Assembly: GCA_041690135.1 (NCBI GenBank)
Contig: JAWLHY010000010.1
Span: forward strand, 224,001 to 288,000
Direction: 5' to 3'
DNA length: 64,000 nucleotides
Source of the DNA: Armatimonadota bacterium
GTDB lineage: Bacteria > Armatimonadota > SYMT01
The notes below the pieces were generated by a model, which worked only from the letters and a program-made list of their open reading frames with translations, was not told the origin of the DNA and did no database searches. Positions 1-8,102 of this stretch are shown here, one piece after another. Both the position numbers and the translations under genes were made by a program. The number at the start of each line of letters is the position of its first letter. Within the stretch, counting starts at the first letter, position 1.

Positions 1-195
1 GGTGTTCACCGGTGGCCGAACGCGGCATGAAAGGCGTAGAACTGACCGGGTCCCTTCAAACCCACCTCGAAGGGCCGGGCTTCCATTGCCAAGCGATTCC
101 TGGGTACCGGGGGTACGGGGAGGCATGAGACGCCCCAAACCCGAAAAAGTACGTCGGTCGTTCGAACACCTGGAGGGGAACTCCTGGAGGTAAAG

Positions 196-3100
196 ATGCG
201 GAGAGGTTGGTTAGCTCTTCTACTGGCGAGCGGATGGGTGACCGGGACGGGTGGCCCGGGTTGGTCCGCGTCCCAGGCAGCCCCCCCAACTCCAGGCCCG
301 CCTCCTCCGACCACCGGGGAGAAGAAGGTCGAGGCGCCCAGCACGCCCGTAGACGAGGCCGCCGGGCGGGCTCTCGAACCGGCGAAGGCACTGCTGGCGC
401 AGAAGAAGTATCCGGAAGCGATCGCCGCGTTGGAGAAATTCCTCGCCGACCACGCAAAAAGCTCGCTGGCGGCAGCGGCCCGGGTCCATCTGGGAGAGGC
501 GCTCCTCGGAGCCGAGCGGAACGAGGCGGCGATCAAAAGCTTCGAAGAGGCCCTGGGCGCAAAGCCCGGGCCCGAGGTTCGATCCGCGGCGCTGGTGGGC
601 CTGGGCGAGGGCTTGCTCCGGCTCAAGACCTATCCGCGGGCTAGCGAGGTGCTGACCGAAGCTTTCGATCTCACGACATACGATGAGAAATACGGCCCCC
701 TGGCAGGATACTTCCTCGGCGAATCTCTCCTGGCGTTGAACAAACCGGAACAGGCAGCGAGAGCTTTCTACCGCGGAACCCGGTGGCCGATGCACCCGGA
801 GGCGCCTCGCTCTTATTACATGGTCGGTGAGGCCTACCGGCGCTCCGGCAACCTGGACGAGGCCGCGCTGGCGTACCGGACAATGGCGGACCGCTACTGG
901 CGCCATCCGCTTGCGCCGCAATCCGCCCTGGCTGCCGCGGAATCTTACCTGGGTCTCAAGAAGTACGAGGAAGCGGAGCGAGAACTCCGGAGAGTCCTGA
1001 AGGACTACATCGAGAGCTCTTCCGCACCCCGCGCACAGATGGGGCTAGGACGCCTCGCCTACCTCCAGGGCAATTACAACGTAGCCCGAGCTGCCTACAA
1101 TGCCGCCGCGGTGGTCTTCGCGAAAGCCGGCGTCGGTCCCGAAGCGGAGTTGCGGATCGCCGATTGCTATCTCGCAGAAAAGAACCTCGAAGAAGCGACC
1201 AGGCGTTACTCGGCACTCGGCAGCGGAATGGACCGTCTCATCGCGGGCGAGGCGCTCTATTCCCTGGCCATGCTCCATCGGGAACAGGACAAACCGACCC
1301 TCGCCGTAGAGGTATTCGAAAAGCTCCTGGCAGACCGATCTACAGGCAAGTGGTCGCACCTGGGAGGCCTTCGCCTGGCCGAAATCCGCGGCGGCAGCGG
1401 CGACCTGAACGGCGCCGTGGCCGCCCTTAAAGCCGTCCTTGCGGCAATGCCCGGCGCCGAGCAGGCGGATGAAGCCCAGTTCGCGCTTGGTCAGGCCTTG
1501 CTGAAAGGGAATGAGTTCACCGCCGCTGAAGGAGAGTTTCGAGCACTCCTTCAACGACGGCCGGAAGGACCCTTCGCGCTACGGGCCGCCGCCGCCGCCG
1601 CCCGGACAAAGCTCGGCCTGAAGGATGCGACAGCGGCCTCTTCGGAATGCCTGGCGCTGCTGAAGAAGGAGCTTTCTCCGGATCTCCGCGCCGGTGTCCT
1701 GACCACGCTCGGGCATGCCCAGCTCCAACTCAAGCAGGATACCGCTGCGGTCACCGTCCTCAAAGAGGTCCTGGAGAAACATCCCACAAGCCCCAGCGCC
1801 CCCGAGGCGGCACTGGCTTTGCTCGATCACTACCGAACGACCCGCCAAACAGGGCCCGCCGCCGAGTTGGAGAAGCTCATCGCGCAGCGCTACCAGGGGG
1901 CGGGGCCCGCAGTAGCCGGGCTACTGAATGAGGCGGGAAAGCTGATGATTTCCGGCCGCTATGAGGAGGCCATCCGGCTCTACACCCAGTCCCTGGGCCG
2001 GGTCCCCGACCGTGCCTCACGCCTGCAAGCGCGAGCGGGACTGGCGGAGGCCTGCGCCGCGCTCAAGAAGCCTGCGGAGGCGGCGGCCCACCTGGAGGAG
2101 ATCCGCCAGGACGCGCCCCCCACGGGGTTCCTGGCCCGCGCCCATTACCGGGCAGCGATAGCTCTGGAAAAGCACGGGGCTCGCGGTGAAGCCCTCGCCG
2201 CCTATCGTTCCGCCCTCACCGCCGAACCCGATGCAGAGGTATTGGGCGCGTCCTTACTGGCAACCGGGCGTCTCCTCTCCGATGCCGGCAACCAGGCTGA
2301 AGCAGAAGTGGCCTTGAAGAAACTGGTAGAGGGACAGCCCAAGTCGCCTCTCGTGCCGGATGCCCTCTACGCTCTGGCCTGGTGTCGGATCCTGACCGGG
2401 CACCCTTCCCAGGCGTATCCCCTCTTCGCGGATCTCTCCACGCGTTTTCCGACCCACCCCCTTGCGTCCGACGCCCTGTTCCGCCTGGCGGAGCGAGACT
2501 ACGCGGCGGGAGAGATCGAAAAGGCGGCGGCGGCCTACGCGCGCGTGGCGAACTCCGGCGCACCCGTGTCCGACCGGGCGGGCTATAAGCTGGGGTGGAT
2601 CCGGCTCAAAGAGCGTGACTTTGCCGCGGCCGCGGCGGCCTTCCAGGCCGTGGTAGACCGCACCCCGCGGAGCGAAGTGGCGGTTGAGTGTCGCGTCAGG
2701 GCCGGGGAAGCCTACCTGCAACTGGAACAGGACCAGAAGGCCGCTGCGCACTTCGACGCCGTGCTGGCATCCCCTCCCACAACGGAGGAAGGGCGCCGGC
2801 TTCACCTCCAGGCGCGGGTCGGGCGGGCCCTCACCTATCTGATGCAGGGTGAATTCGATCGCGCCCGCGAAATGGCCCACGCCGATGCCCTACCGGAGAA
2901 CGGCTGGTACGGGGGGCGAGCACAGATCGTATCCGCGGAAGCCGTGTTCTTGAAGTCCGGGCCCAAAGCGGCATTGGCTGAGTACACCCGGGGCGCCTCT
3001 CTTTTCAGTCGCCATCGCGACGTAGCGGCGGAAGCTTACTTCCGTGCGGGAGAGTGCTATGAGAAGCTGGGGAACATCAAGGCGGCACGCGGCGTCTGGC

Positions 3101-3198
3101 AACGGGTGAGCGATCTCTTTCCTGAAACCGAGTGGTCTCGCCGGAGCCGGGAAAAACTGGAGGCGCCCTCACCCGTCGCCTCCCGATCCGGTAAGTAG
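196..3198 (+). CDS. Exported large tetratricopeptide-repeat protein (YbgF/BamD-like TPR array)
   Basis: 1000-aa ORF; GGAGG RBS before ATG; N-terminal signal-like segment, Pro-rich linker, many TPR units (e.g. 'YPEAIAALEKFLADHAKS', 'APRSYYMVGEAY', 'AEAYFRAGECYEKLG'). Confidence 0.85.
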   Translation: MRRGWLALLLASGWVTGTGGPGWSASQAAPPTPGPPPPTTGEKKVEAPSTPVDEAAGRALEPAKALLAQKKYPEAIAALEKFLADHAKSSLAAAARVHLGEALLGAERNEAAIKSFEEALGAKPGPEVRSAALVGLGEGLLRLKTYPRASEVLTEAFDLTTYDEKYGPLAGYFLGESLLALNKPEQAARAFYRGTRWPMHPEAPRSYYMVGEAYRRSGNLDEAALAYRTMADRYWRHPLAPQSALAAAESYLGLKKYEEAERELRRVLKDYIESSSAPRAQMGLGRLAYLQGNYNVARAAYNAAAVVFAKAGVGPEAELRIADCYLAEKNLEEATRRYSALGSGMDRLIAGEALYSLAMLHREQDKPTLAVEVFEKLLADRSTGKWSHLGGLRLAEIRGGSGDLNGAVAALKAVLAAMPGAEQADEAQFALGQALLKGNEFTAAEGEFRALLQRRPEGPFALRAAAAAARTKLGLKDATAASSECLALLKKELSPDLRAGVLTTLGHAQLQLKQDTAAVTVLKEVLEKHPTSPSAPEAALALLDHYRTTRQTGPAAELEKLIAQRYQGAGPAVAGLLNEAGKLMISGRYEEAIRLYTQSLGRVPDRASRLQARAGLAEACAALKKPAEAAAHLEEIRQDAPPTGFLARAHYRAAIALEKHGARGEALAAYRSALTAEPDAEVLGASLLATGRLLSDAGNQAEAEVALKKLVEGQPKSPLVPDALYALAWCRILTGHPSQAYPLFADLSTRFPTHPLASDALFRLAERDYAAGEIEKAAAAYARVANSGAPVSDRAGYKLGWIRLKERDFAAAAAAFQAVVDRTPRSEVAVECRVRAGEAYLQLEQDQKAAAHFDAVLASPPTTEEGRRLHLQARVGRALTYLMQGEFDRAREMAHADALPENGWYGGRAQIVSAEAVFLKSGPKAALAEYTRGASLFSRHRDVAAEAYFRAGECYEKLGNIKAARGVWQRVSDLFPETEWSRRSREKLEAPSPVASRSGK

Positions 3199-3203
3199 CG
3201 TTC

Positions 3204-4676
3204 ATGGAATTCGCGCCGACCAGCCGCCTCTCGTACCTTGCGGAGCCGGGTCTCCGGCAGGCAGTGCTGCGCCAGGCGATTGCGGGGGCAATCGGCGGAT
3301 TCCTGGTGTTCCTGCTGCTGGAGCCGGTTCGCCGTGCGGGCGGGGGCTACGGTGCGGACCTTTTCGACGGGATCTCCGACCTGTACATGCCCGGCATCCT
3401 GTTCGGAGGGATCGTCACGGCACTGCTGGTCGGCGCGGAGGAGCTGTTTTCCGGAAGTCTCCTTCGCCTTTGTGCTCGAACTGTGGCCAGTGCCCTGGCC
3501 GGCGCGGTGCTGGGCGCGGGCTATTCGGTGATCGGGCAAACCCTCTTCGATGCCCTCCGGGAGACCCTTCCCGGCAGTGCGCTCCTCGCCCGCAGCCTGG
3601 GTTGGGCGATTTTCGGTCTCGGCACGGGGTTAAGTGCCGGAATCGCTTCCCACTCCGGTCAGCGTGCCTATCAGGGATGTGCCGGAGGCCTGGTCGGCGG
3701 ATTCCTGGCGGGTTGGATCTTCGCCTTGATTCCGGAAGCCTTCGGCGCCGGCACGCTCCGGCTGTTCACCGGCTTCGTCATTCTCGGGGTCGCGGTGGGT
3801 ATCGCGACGGCGCTCTTCGAGCACCTGTCACGCTCAGTTTGGCTGACATTTCTGACCGGATCGCGCGAAGGACAGGACCTGCTGCTTTACCGCGACCCGG
3901 TAGTGCTGGGGCGCAGCGAGCTGGTTGACGTGCCGTTATTTGGGGACACTTCGGTCGACAAGCGACATGCCGTTATCCTGCTCCATCCCAGCCCACGGAT
4001 CGAACAGGTGGGCGAAGGGGAGATGTTGACTATCGACGGCGATCCGGTTTCCGCCGCCGACCTTCTGGATGGGAGTGTCATCGGGATCGGCAAGCATCGT
4101 CTCCGGTTCCACCATCACGAGTACCGGCACACCACCCCTAAAGGCCCGGTGCCGCCCACCGCAATCGCATTCGAACATTTCGTGGGGGATTCTGCATCTC
4201 AACAAGCGGAAGCTCCCATCCCGCTCCCAGGAAGCGGGCCGGAACCGGTTTTCCCGGGACTTGCAATGGCTCACACCGGCTCCCCGACTGCTACCATGCT
4301 GGATCCTACCCCCATCGCACCCGCAACCGCTCCGGCCGGATGGGCCCAGGGGCCCCCAACCGGGCTTTTGCTCCGCGTGGTATGCGGTTCTGGAGTAGGT
4401 TCCGTGGTGCCGTTGGCCGGAGAAGTCGTGACCCTGGGACGCGACTCGGACAGCACCATTCCGCTGAAGGCCAGTAACGTATCTCGCAACCACGCGCGCA
4501 TCGCTTGCGTGGAGGGCTACTGGATTCTGACCGACTTGGGCAGCACGAACGGCACCTGGCTCAACGGTCTCCGGGTCAACCGGGCGGGGCTGGAACCGGG
4601 CGACCGCATAGAGGTCGGCGGGACCACAATTCGGGTAGAATCGATCGAGGGAGGCGCCGGGCGGGCGCCCTGGTGA
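3204..4676 (+). CDS. Multi-pass membrane protein with two FHA domains
   Basis: Gly-rich TM helices; degenerate FHA (LGRSE...VDKRHA), Pro-rich linker, canonical FHA (LGRD...VSRNHA...DLGSTNGT). Confidence 0.85.
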   Translation: MEFAPTSRLSYLAEPGLRQAVLRQAIAGAIGGFLVFLLLEPVRRAGGGYGADLFDGISDLYMPGILFGGIVTALLVGAEELFSGSLLRLCARTVASALAGAVLGAGYSVIGQTLFDALRETLPGSALLARSLGWAIFGLGTGLSAGIASHSGQRAYQGCAGGLVGGFLAGWIFALIPEAFGAGTLRLFTGFVILGVAVGIATALFEHLSRSVWLTFLTGSREGQDLLLYRDPVVLGRSELVDVPLFGDTSVDKRHAVILLHPSPRIEQVGEGEMLTIDGDPVSAADLLDGSVIGIGKHRLRFHHHEYRHTTPKGPVPPTAIAFEHFVGDSASQQAEAPIPLPGSGPEPVFPGLAMAHTGSPTATMLDPTPIAPATAPAGWAQGPPTGLLLRVVCGSGVGSVVPLAGEVVTLGRDSDSTIPLKASNVSRNHARIACVEGYWILTDLGSTNGTWLNGLRVNRAGLEPGDRIEVGGTTIRVESIEGGAGRAPW

Positions 4677-4686
4677 CGAGCTATCC

Positions 4687-6054
4687 GTGAAGGGATCTGA
4701 AAACGCGGCCGTTATCGCTGCCCTGCGCCAGGGTCTCGCCGGAGCCCTGGGCGGGTTCCTCGGCTTCCTGGTCCTAGAGCCCCGTATCCGCCGCGAGGAG
4801 TTGGGCGGTGCATCGGGATTCGAAGACGCGCTGGGGCTACTGCTAGCGGGCCTGTTGCTCGGCGGGCTAATCACTTTTCTCCTGGCCGCCGCCGATGAGC
4901 TCCCCACAGGCCGCTGGGTGCGCGCACTCTTGAGGGGAGTGGGGGCAGGAGGCGCCGGCGCACTCCTGGGTGTGCTGTTCCTCGTCGGCGCCGGCTTCCT
5001 CTACAGTGCTCTCTTGCCCCTGGCGGTACTGGGCGGGCCGGTGTTCCAGATACTACGCCGGGCCCTGGTTTGGGGCCTCTGGGGGTTCGGCGTTGGCTTG
5101 AGTGCGGGGCTGGTCTCCCGCTCGCAACGGCGGATCGTCCAGGGCTGCCTCGGGGGCCTTCTGGGCGGCCTGGTGGGCGGCTTCCTCTTCGACGTCCTGG
5201 CCGAAATGACCAGCGGCGCCACGCTGAGCCGGTTCGTCGGCTTTGTGGGGTTGGGCCTTTGTGTCGGGGTCGCAACGGCCCTCGTCGAACAACTGGCGCG
5301 GGTGGCGTGGGTGCGCTTCCTCACCGGCTCGCGGGAGGGAAAGACGATCCTGCTCCACCGGGATGTCAATCTTTTGGGCCGGGACGAGCTGGCCGACCTG
5401 CCCCTGTTCGGGGATCCGGCGGTGGCACGAAAGCAGGCTTTGCTGCGCGTGTCCCCCACCCCCTCCATCCAGGAAATCGGCCCCACTCCCCTTCTGCGGG
5501 TGGACGGTCAGCCATGCCGGGCCTCCAGTCTTGCGGACGGCACCGTGATCGAGATCGGACGGCACCGGTTTCGTTTCCATCTCCGCGCTTCCGCACCGCC
5601 TGGAATGGTCATGTCCCCAACCCCAAACCCTGGGGTTCACCCACTGCCGGCCCCTCCGATGCTTTGCGCCTCGCCGATGGACACGCACAACCGTACACTC
5701 CAGGGAATCGCTCCGGACGCCTCTCCCGAGGCGACGATCCTGTCCGAGCCGGAACCGCTACAGAGAGAGGATGGGATACCGGTACTCCGGGTCGTCGCGG
5801 GCCCCTCTGCCGGGTCTCTGGCGCGCCTGACACCGGGACTCACGCTGGGGCGCGAGCAGGACAACCACCTCCAACTCGCGGACGCCAAGGTTTCCCGCTA
5901 CCATGCCCGGATCGACCGGATCGAGGACTCCTGGGTGCTGACGGATCTCGACAGCACCAACGGCACCCGCCTTAACGGCGTCCAAATCACCCGCGCCGGC
6001 TTGGAACCGGGGGACTATCTCTACCTGGGGGACTCGGTAGTCGCGGTGGAATGA
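4687..6054 (+). CDS. Multi-pass membrane protein with two FHA domains (paralog of upstream gene)
   Basis: Same architecture; shared motifs FLTGSREG and PLFGD; C-terminal FHA LGRE...VSRYHA...DLDSTNGT. Confidence 0.85.
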   Translation: MKGSENAAVIAALRQGLAGALGGFLGFLVLEPRIRREELGGASGFEDALGLLLAGLLLGGLITFLLAAADELPTGRWVRALLRGVGAGGAGALLGVLFLVGAGFLYSALLPLAVLGGPVFQILRRALVWGLWGFGVGLSAGLVSRSQRRIVQGCLGGLLGGLVGGFLFDVLAEMTSGATLSRFVGFVGLGLCVGVATALVEQLARVAWVRFLTGSREGKTILLHRDVNLLGRDELADLPLFGDPAVARKQALLRVSPTPSIQEIGPTPLLRVDGQPCRASSLADGTVIEIGRHRFRFHLRASAPPGMVMSPTPNPGVHPLPAPPMLCASPMDTHNRTLQGIAPDASPEATILSEPEPLQREDGIPVLRVVAGPSAGSLARLTPGLTLGREQDNHLQLADAKVSRYHARIDRIEDSWVLTDLDSTNGTRLNGVQITRAGLEPGDYLYLGDSVVAVE

Positions 6055-6103
6055 GAACGGACTGAAGGTATTCGGGTGTTCAGGCTTTCGGCCCCCAATT
6101 CGA

Positions 6104-6296
6104 TCGCGGGCAGTTGGACTGCCCGCGAAATACTTCGTCCGCAGTTGCACTGCGGAAGCCTGTAGTCTCGCTGTCGTTGCGGATCACCCGGGTCGCCACT
6201 GTCGGCACGGGGTTGGGCGCGGCGCAGTGCAACTGCGCACGATCGCCCACACCCAGGGGGTGCCCGGTACCCGCCGGCTGCAGTGTAACGGCAGCC
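6104..6296. repeat. Cluster of four REP-like palindromes with a GCAGT-NNN-ACTGC core
   Basis: Hairpins at 6104-6128, 6138-6156, 6222-6238 and 6276-6296 (last imperfect), between convergent genes. Confidence 0.6.
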
Positions 6297-6360
6297 AATC
6301 CTGGAGAATTTCCCATCAACATCGTTCAGGCGTTCGCGCGGGAAGGCAGGCGGTCCGGCA

Positions 6361-7653
6361 TCACGGCAGCGGCATCCACGACCGGGCGACATCGCCATCG
6401 GTCTTCTGGCCGGTGCCTGGAGTATAGGGTTTCCCGCCATTGTCGTCGCCATCCGGGCCGCGGCTGTAGATGAGGGTTCGCGGGCCTTCCCGGCGGTAAA
6501 CCAGCGGTTTCGGGGCGAAGGGATCGGCCGGAATCTCCGGTAGGTATCGTGGCACCAGGGCCTTCAGCGTGGAAGGTTCGCGCCCCTTCTCGTGACGGTA
6601 AAGCCGGACGGCCAGACGGGTCTCAAGGATCGCCATCTGAGCATCCCGGAAATCCCAGTTTTCGAACTCGCTACCGATGATAGCGCTAGGAAGCAAGAGT
6701 TGGTTGACCGGGTCCGGCGGCACCTGCGGCATCGACTTCCGTTCATGGAACGGAAGTCTGCGCCGGGCAGCGAGTTCATCCATATAAGCTCGCCAATGGG
6801 AAAGGACCCTTGGTCGTGGGGTGAGCCGCAGCTTCCACCGATGCACATCGGTTACCTCTTCCGGTCTGCCGCTTGTCCACTCCGCCATTAGCTTGAGGGG
6901 GTCGGATTGCAGCAGCAATTTACGGAGGCGGTCCGTACCCAATTCCTTCTCGTCCAGCACGGCCTCCGCGGAACTGGTGAACTCTTTCTCGAGTTTCCGT
7001 AGATCACGAAGGAGGCTTCCGGCGAGTGCCGGCTCCAACCGATCCGCGATGAGAAGAAGTCCATCCAGGGCATGCAACTCCGTGTCCACGATCTCGAACA
7101 GTCCTGCTCCCCGCCTTACCGCCATCCCGAACCGGAGTGCGTCCAGGTAGTGTCGCACGGCCGCGGCATAATGACCTTGCTGTGCCTCAACGTAGCCCTC
7201 GGCAGCCAGTAATCGGCCGAGGGCGTAAAAAGAGTGGCCGACGGTGTGCGGTCGCCGGTACGTGCTGCCGAAGGGAACCCGGCACTCCATCCGCAGACCG
7301 GTGCGGACCTGGTCAAGTGCGCCGTGATAGGTGGAGAGCAGTCGCCGCACCTCCTTGGATCGCAGCGGCTTAAGGCTCGTAATGATCTGAACTCGGTCGT
7401 CGGGGTCGAGCTTCTCCCCGGCAGCGACAAATTGATCGTAACCGTTGGGCGTGGGAGACCAGGTGGATTGAGGTGGAGTGTAGGCCGGGACCTGGGCGGC
7501 CCACTTCAGGTAGATGGGAATACCGATGAGGGGTGGGAGAAAGGTGAGTGCCAGGGCGACCCACACCAGCTTCCACGCGCTGATGCCCCCACCCTGTACC
7601 CTTGCTTCCTGCTCTGCCGTTGTTGCCGCTTCCGCCAAAGACTGCCTTCCCAA
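6361..7653 (-). CDS. Membrane-anchored hypothetical protein with a GspG/pseudopilin-like C-terminal motif
   Basis: One N-terminal TM; C-terminus 'LVPRYLPEIPADPF...IYSRGPDGDDNGG'. Start uncertain (TTG 7653 after GGAG chosen; ORF open to 7842). Confidence 0.6.
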   Translation of the reverse strand: MGRQSLAEAATTAEQEARVQGGGISAWKLVWVALALTFLPPLIGIPIYLKWAAQVPAYTPPQSTWSPTPNGYDQFVAAGEKLDPDDRVQIITSLKPLRSKEVRRLLSTYHGALDQVRTGLRMECRVPFGSTYRRPHTVGHSFYALGRLLAAEGYVEAQQGHYAAAVRHYLDALRFGMAVRRGAGLFEIVDTELHALDGLLLIADRLEPALAGSLLRDLRKLEKEFTSSAEAVLDEKELGTDRLRKLLLQSDPLKLMAEWTSGRPEEVTDVHRWKLRLTPRPRVLSHWRAYMDELAARRRLPFHERKSMPQVPPDPVNQLLLPSAIIGSEFENWDFRDAQMAILETRLAVRLYRHEKGREPSTLKALVPRYLPEIPADPFAPKPLVYRREGPRTLIYSRGPDGDDNGGKPYTPGTGQKTDGDVARSWMPLP

Positions 7654-8102
7654 TCCGTCACGCTCCAGAGTTAGTCTATGCGAGTGCGTGCGCGGATGCC
7701 CCAGCGAAACTTCCGCATCCGGATAACACCAGGCCGCGCGCCTCATCGAGTCAGAAGAGGGCCGAGCGTCATTGCGAAGCCGGCTACACCGCACTTTGTA
7801 CAGTGAAGCTGCCGATGCCCACCCTTCAGGCGTGGTTCTCACGTCGCCGCTGTGCCGGCTGTGGCAATCCCCCTGGTGAATGGCTCGGGCTGTTGAATAC
7901 GGGGTTTCCGGCGGTGAACACGGCGCCCGACCTGGGCGGTGCAGAAGCCCGTGGCATCTATACTTTGGCAGGAGACTACCGCAACCATATGAACACGGCT
8001 GCCCTGACCAGGGGGCCTGCCACGTCGGGTGACGAGGCGGAGGTTCAGAGCGTCAGTGCTTCGGCAGTGCGGCGGCCGGCAGTCTGTGAAGTCGGTTGGG
8101 TT

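Noticed and set aside
2-193. 63-aa ORF at the window start
   Set aside because: No recognisable motif; may be intergenic or the tail of an upstream gene, which cannot be decided here.
6104-6296. Possible CRISPR array or integron attC sites
   Set aside because: Repeats are not identical, spacing is irregular, and no cas or integrase gene or GTTRRRY boxes were seen.
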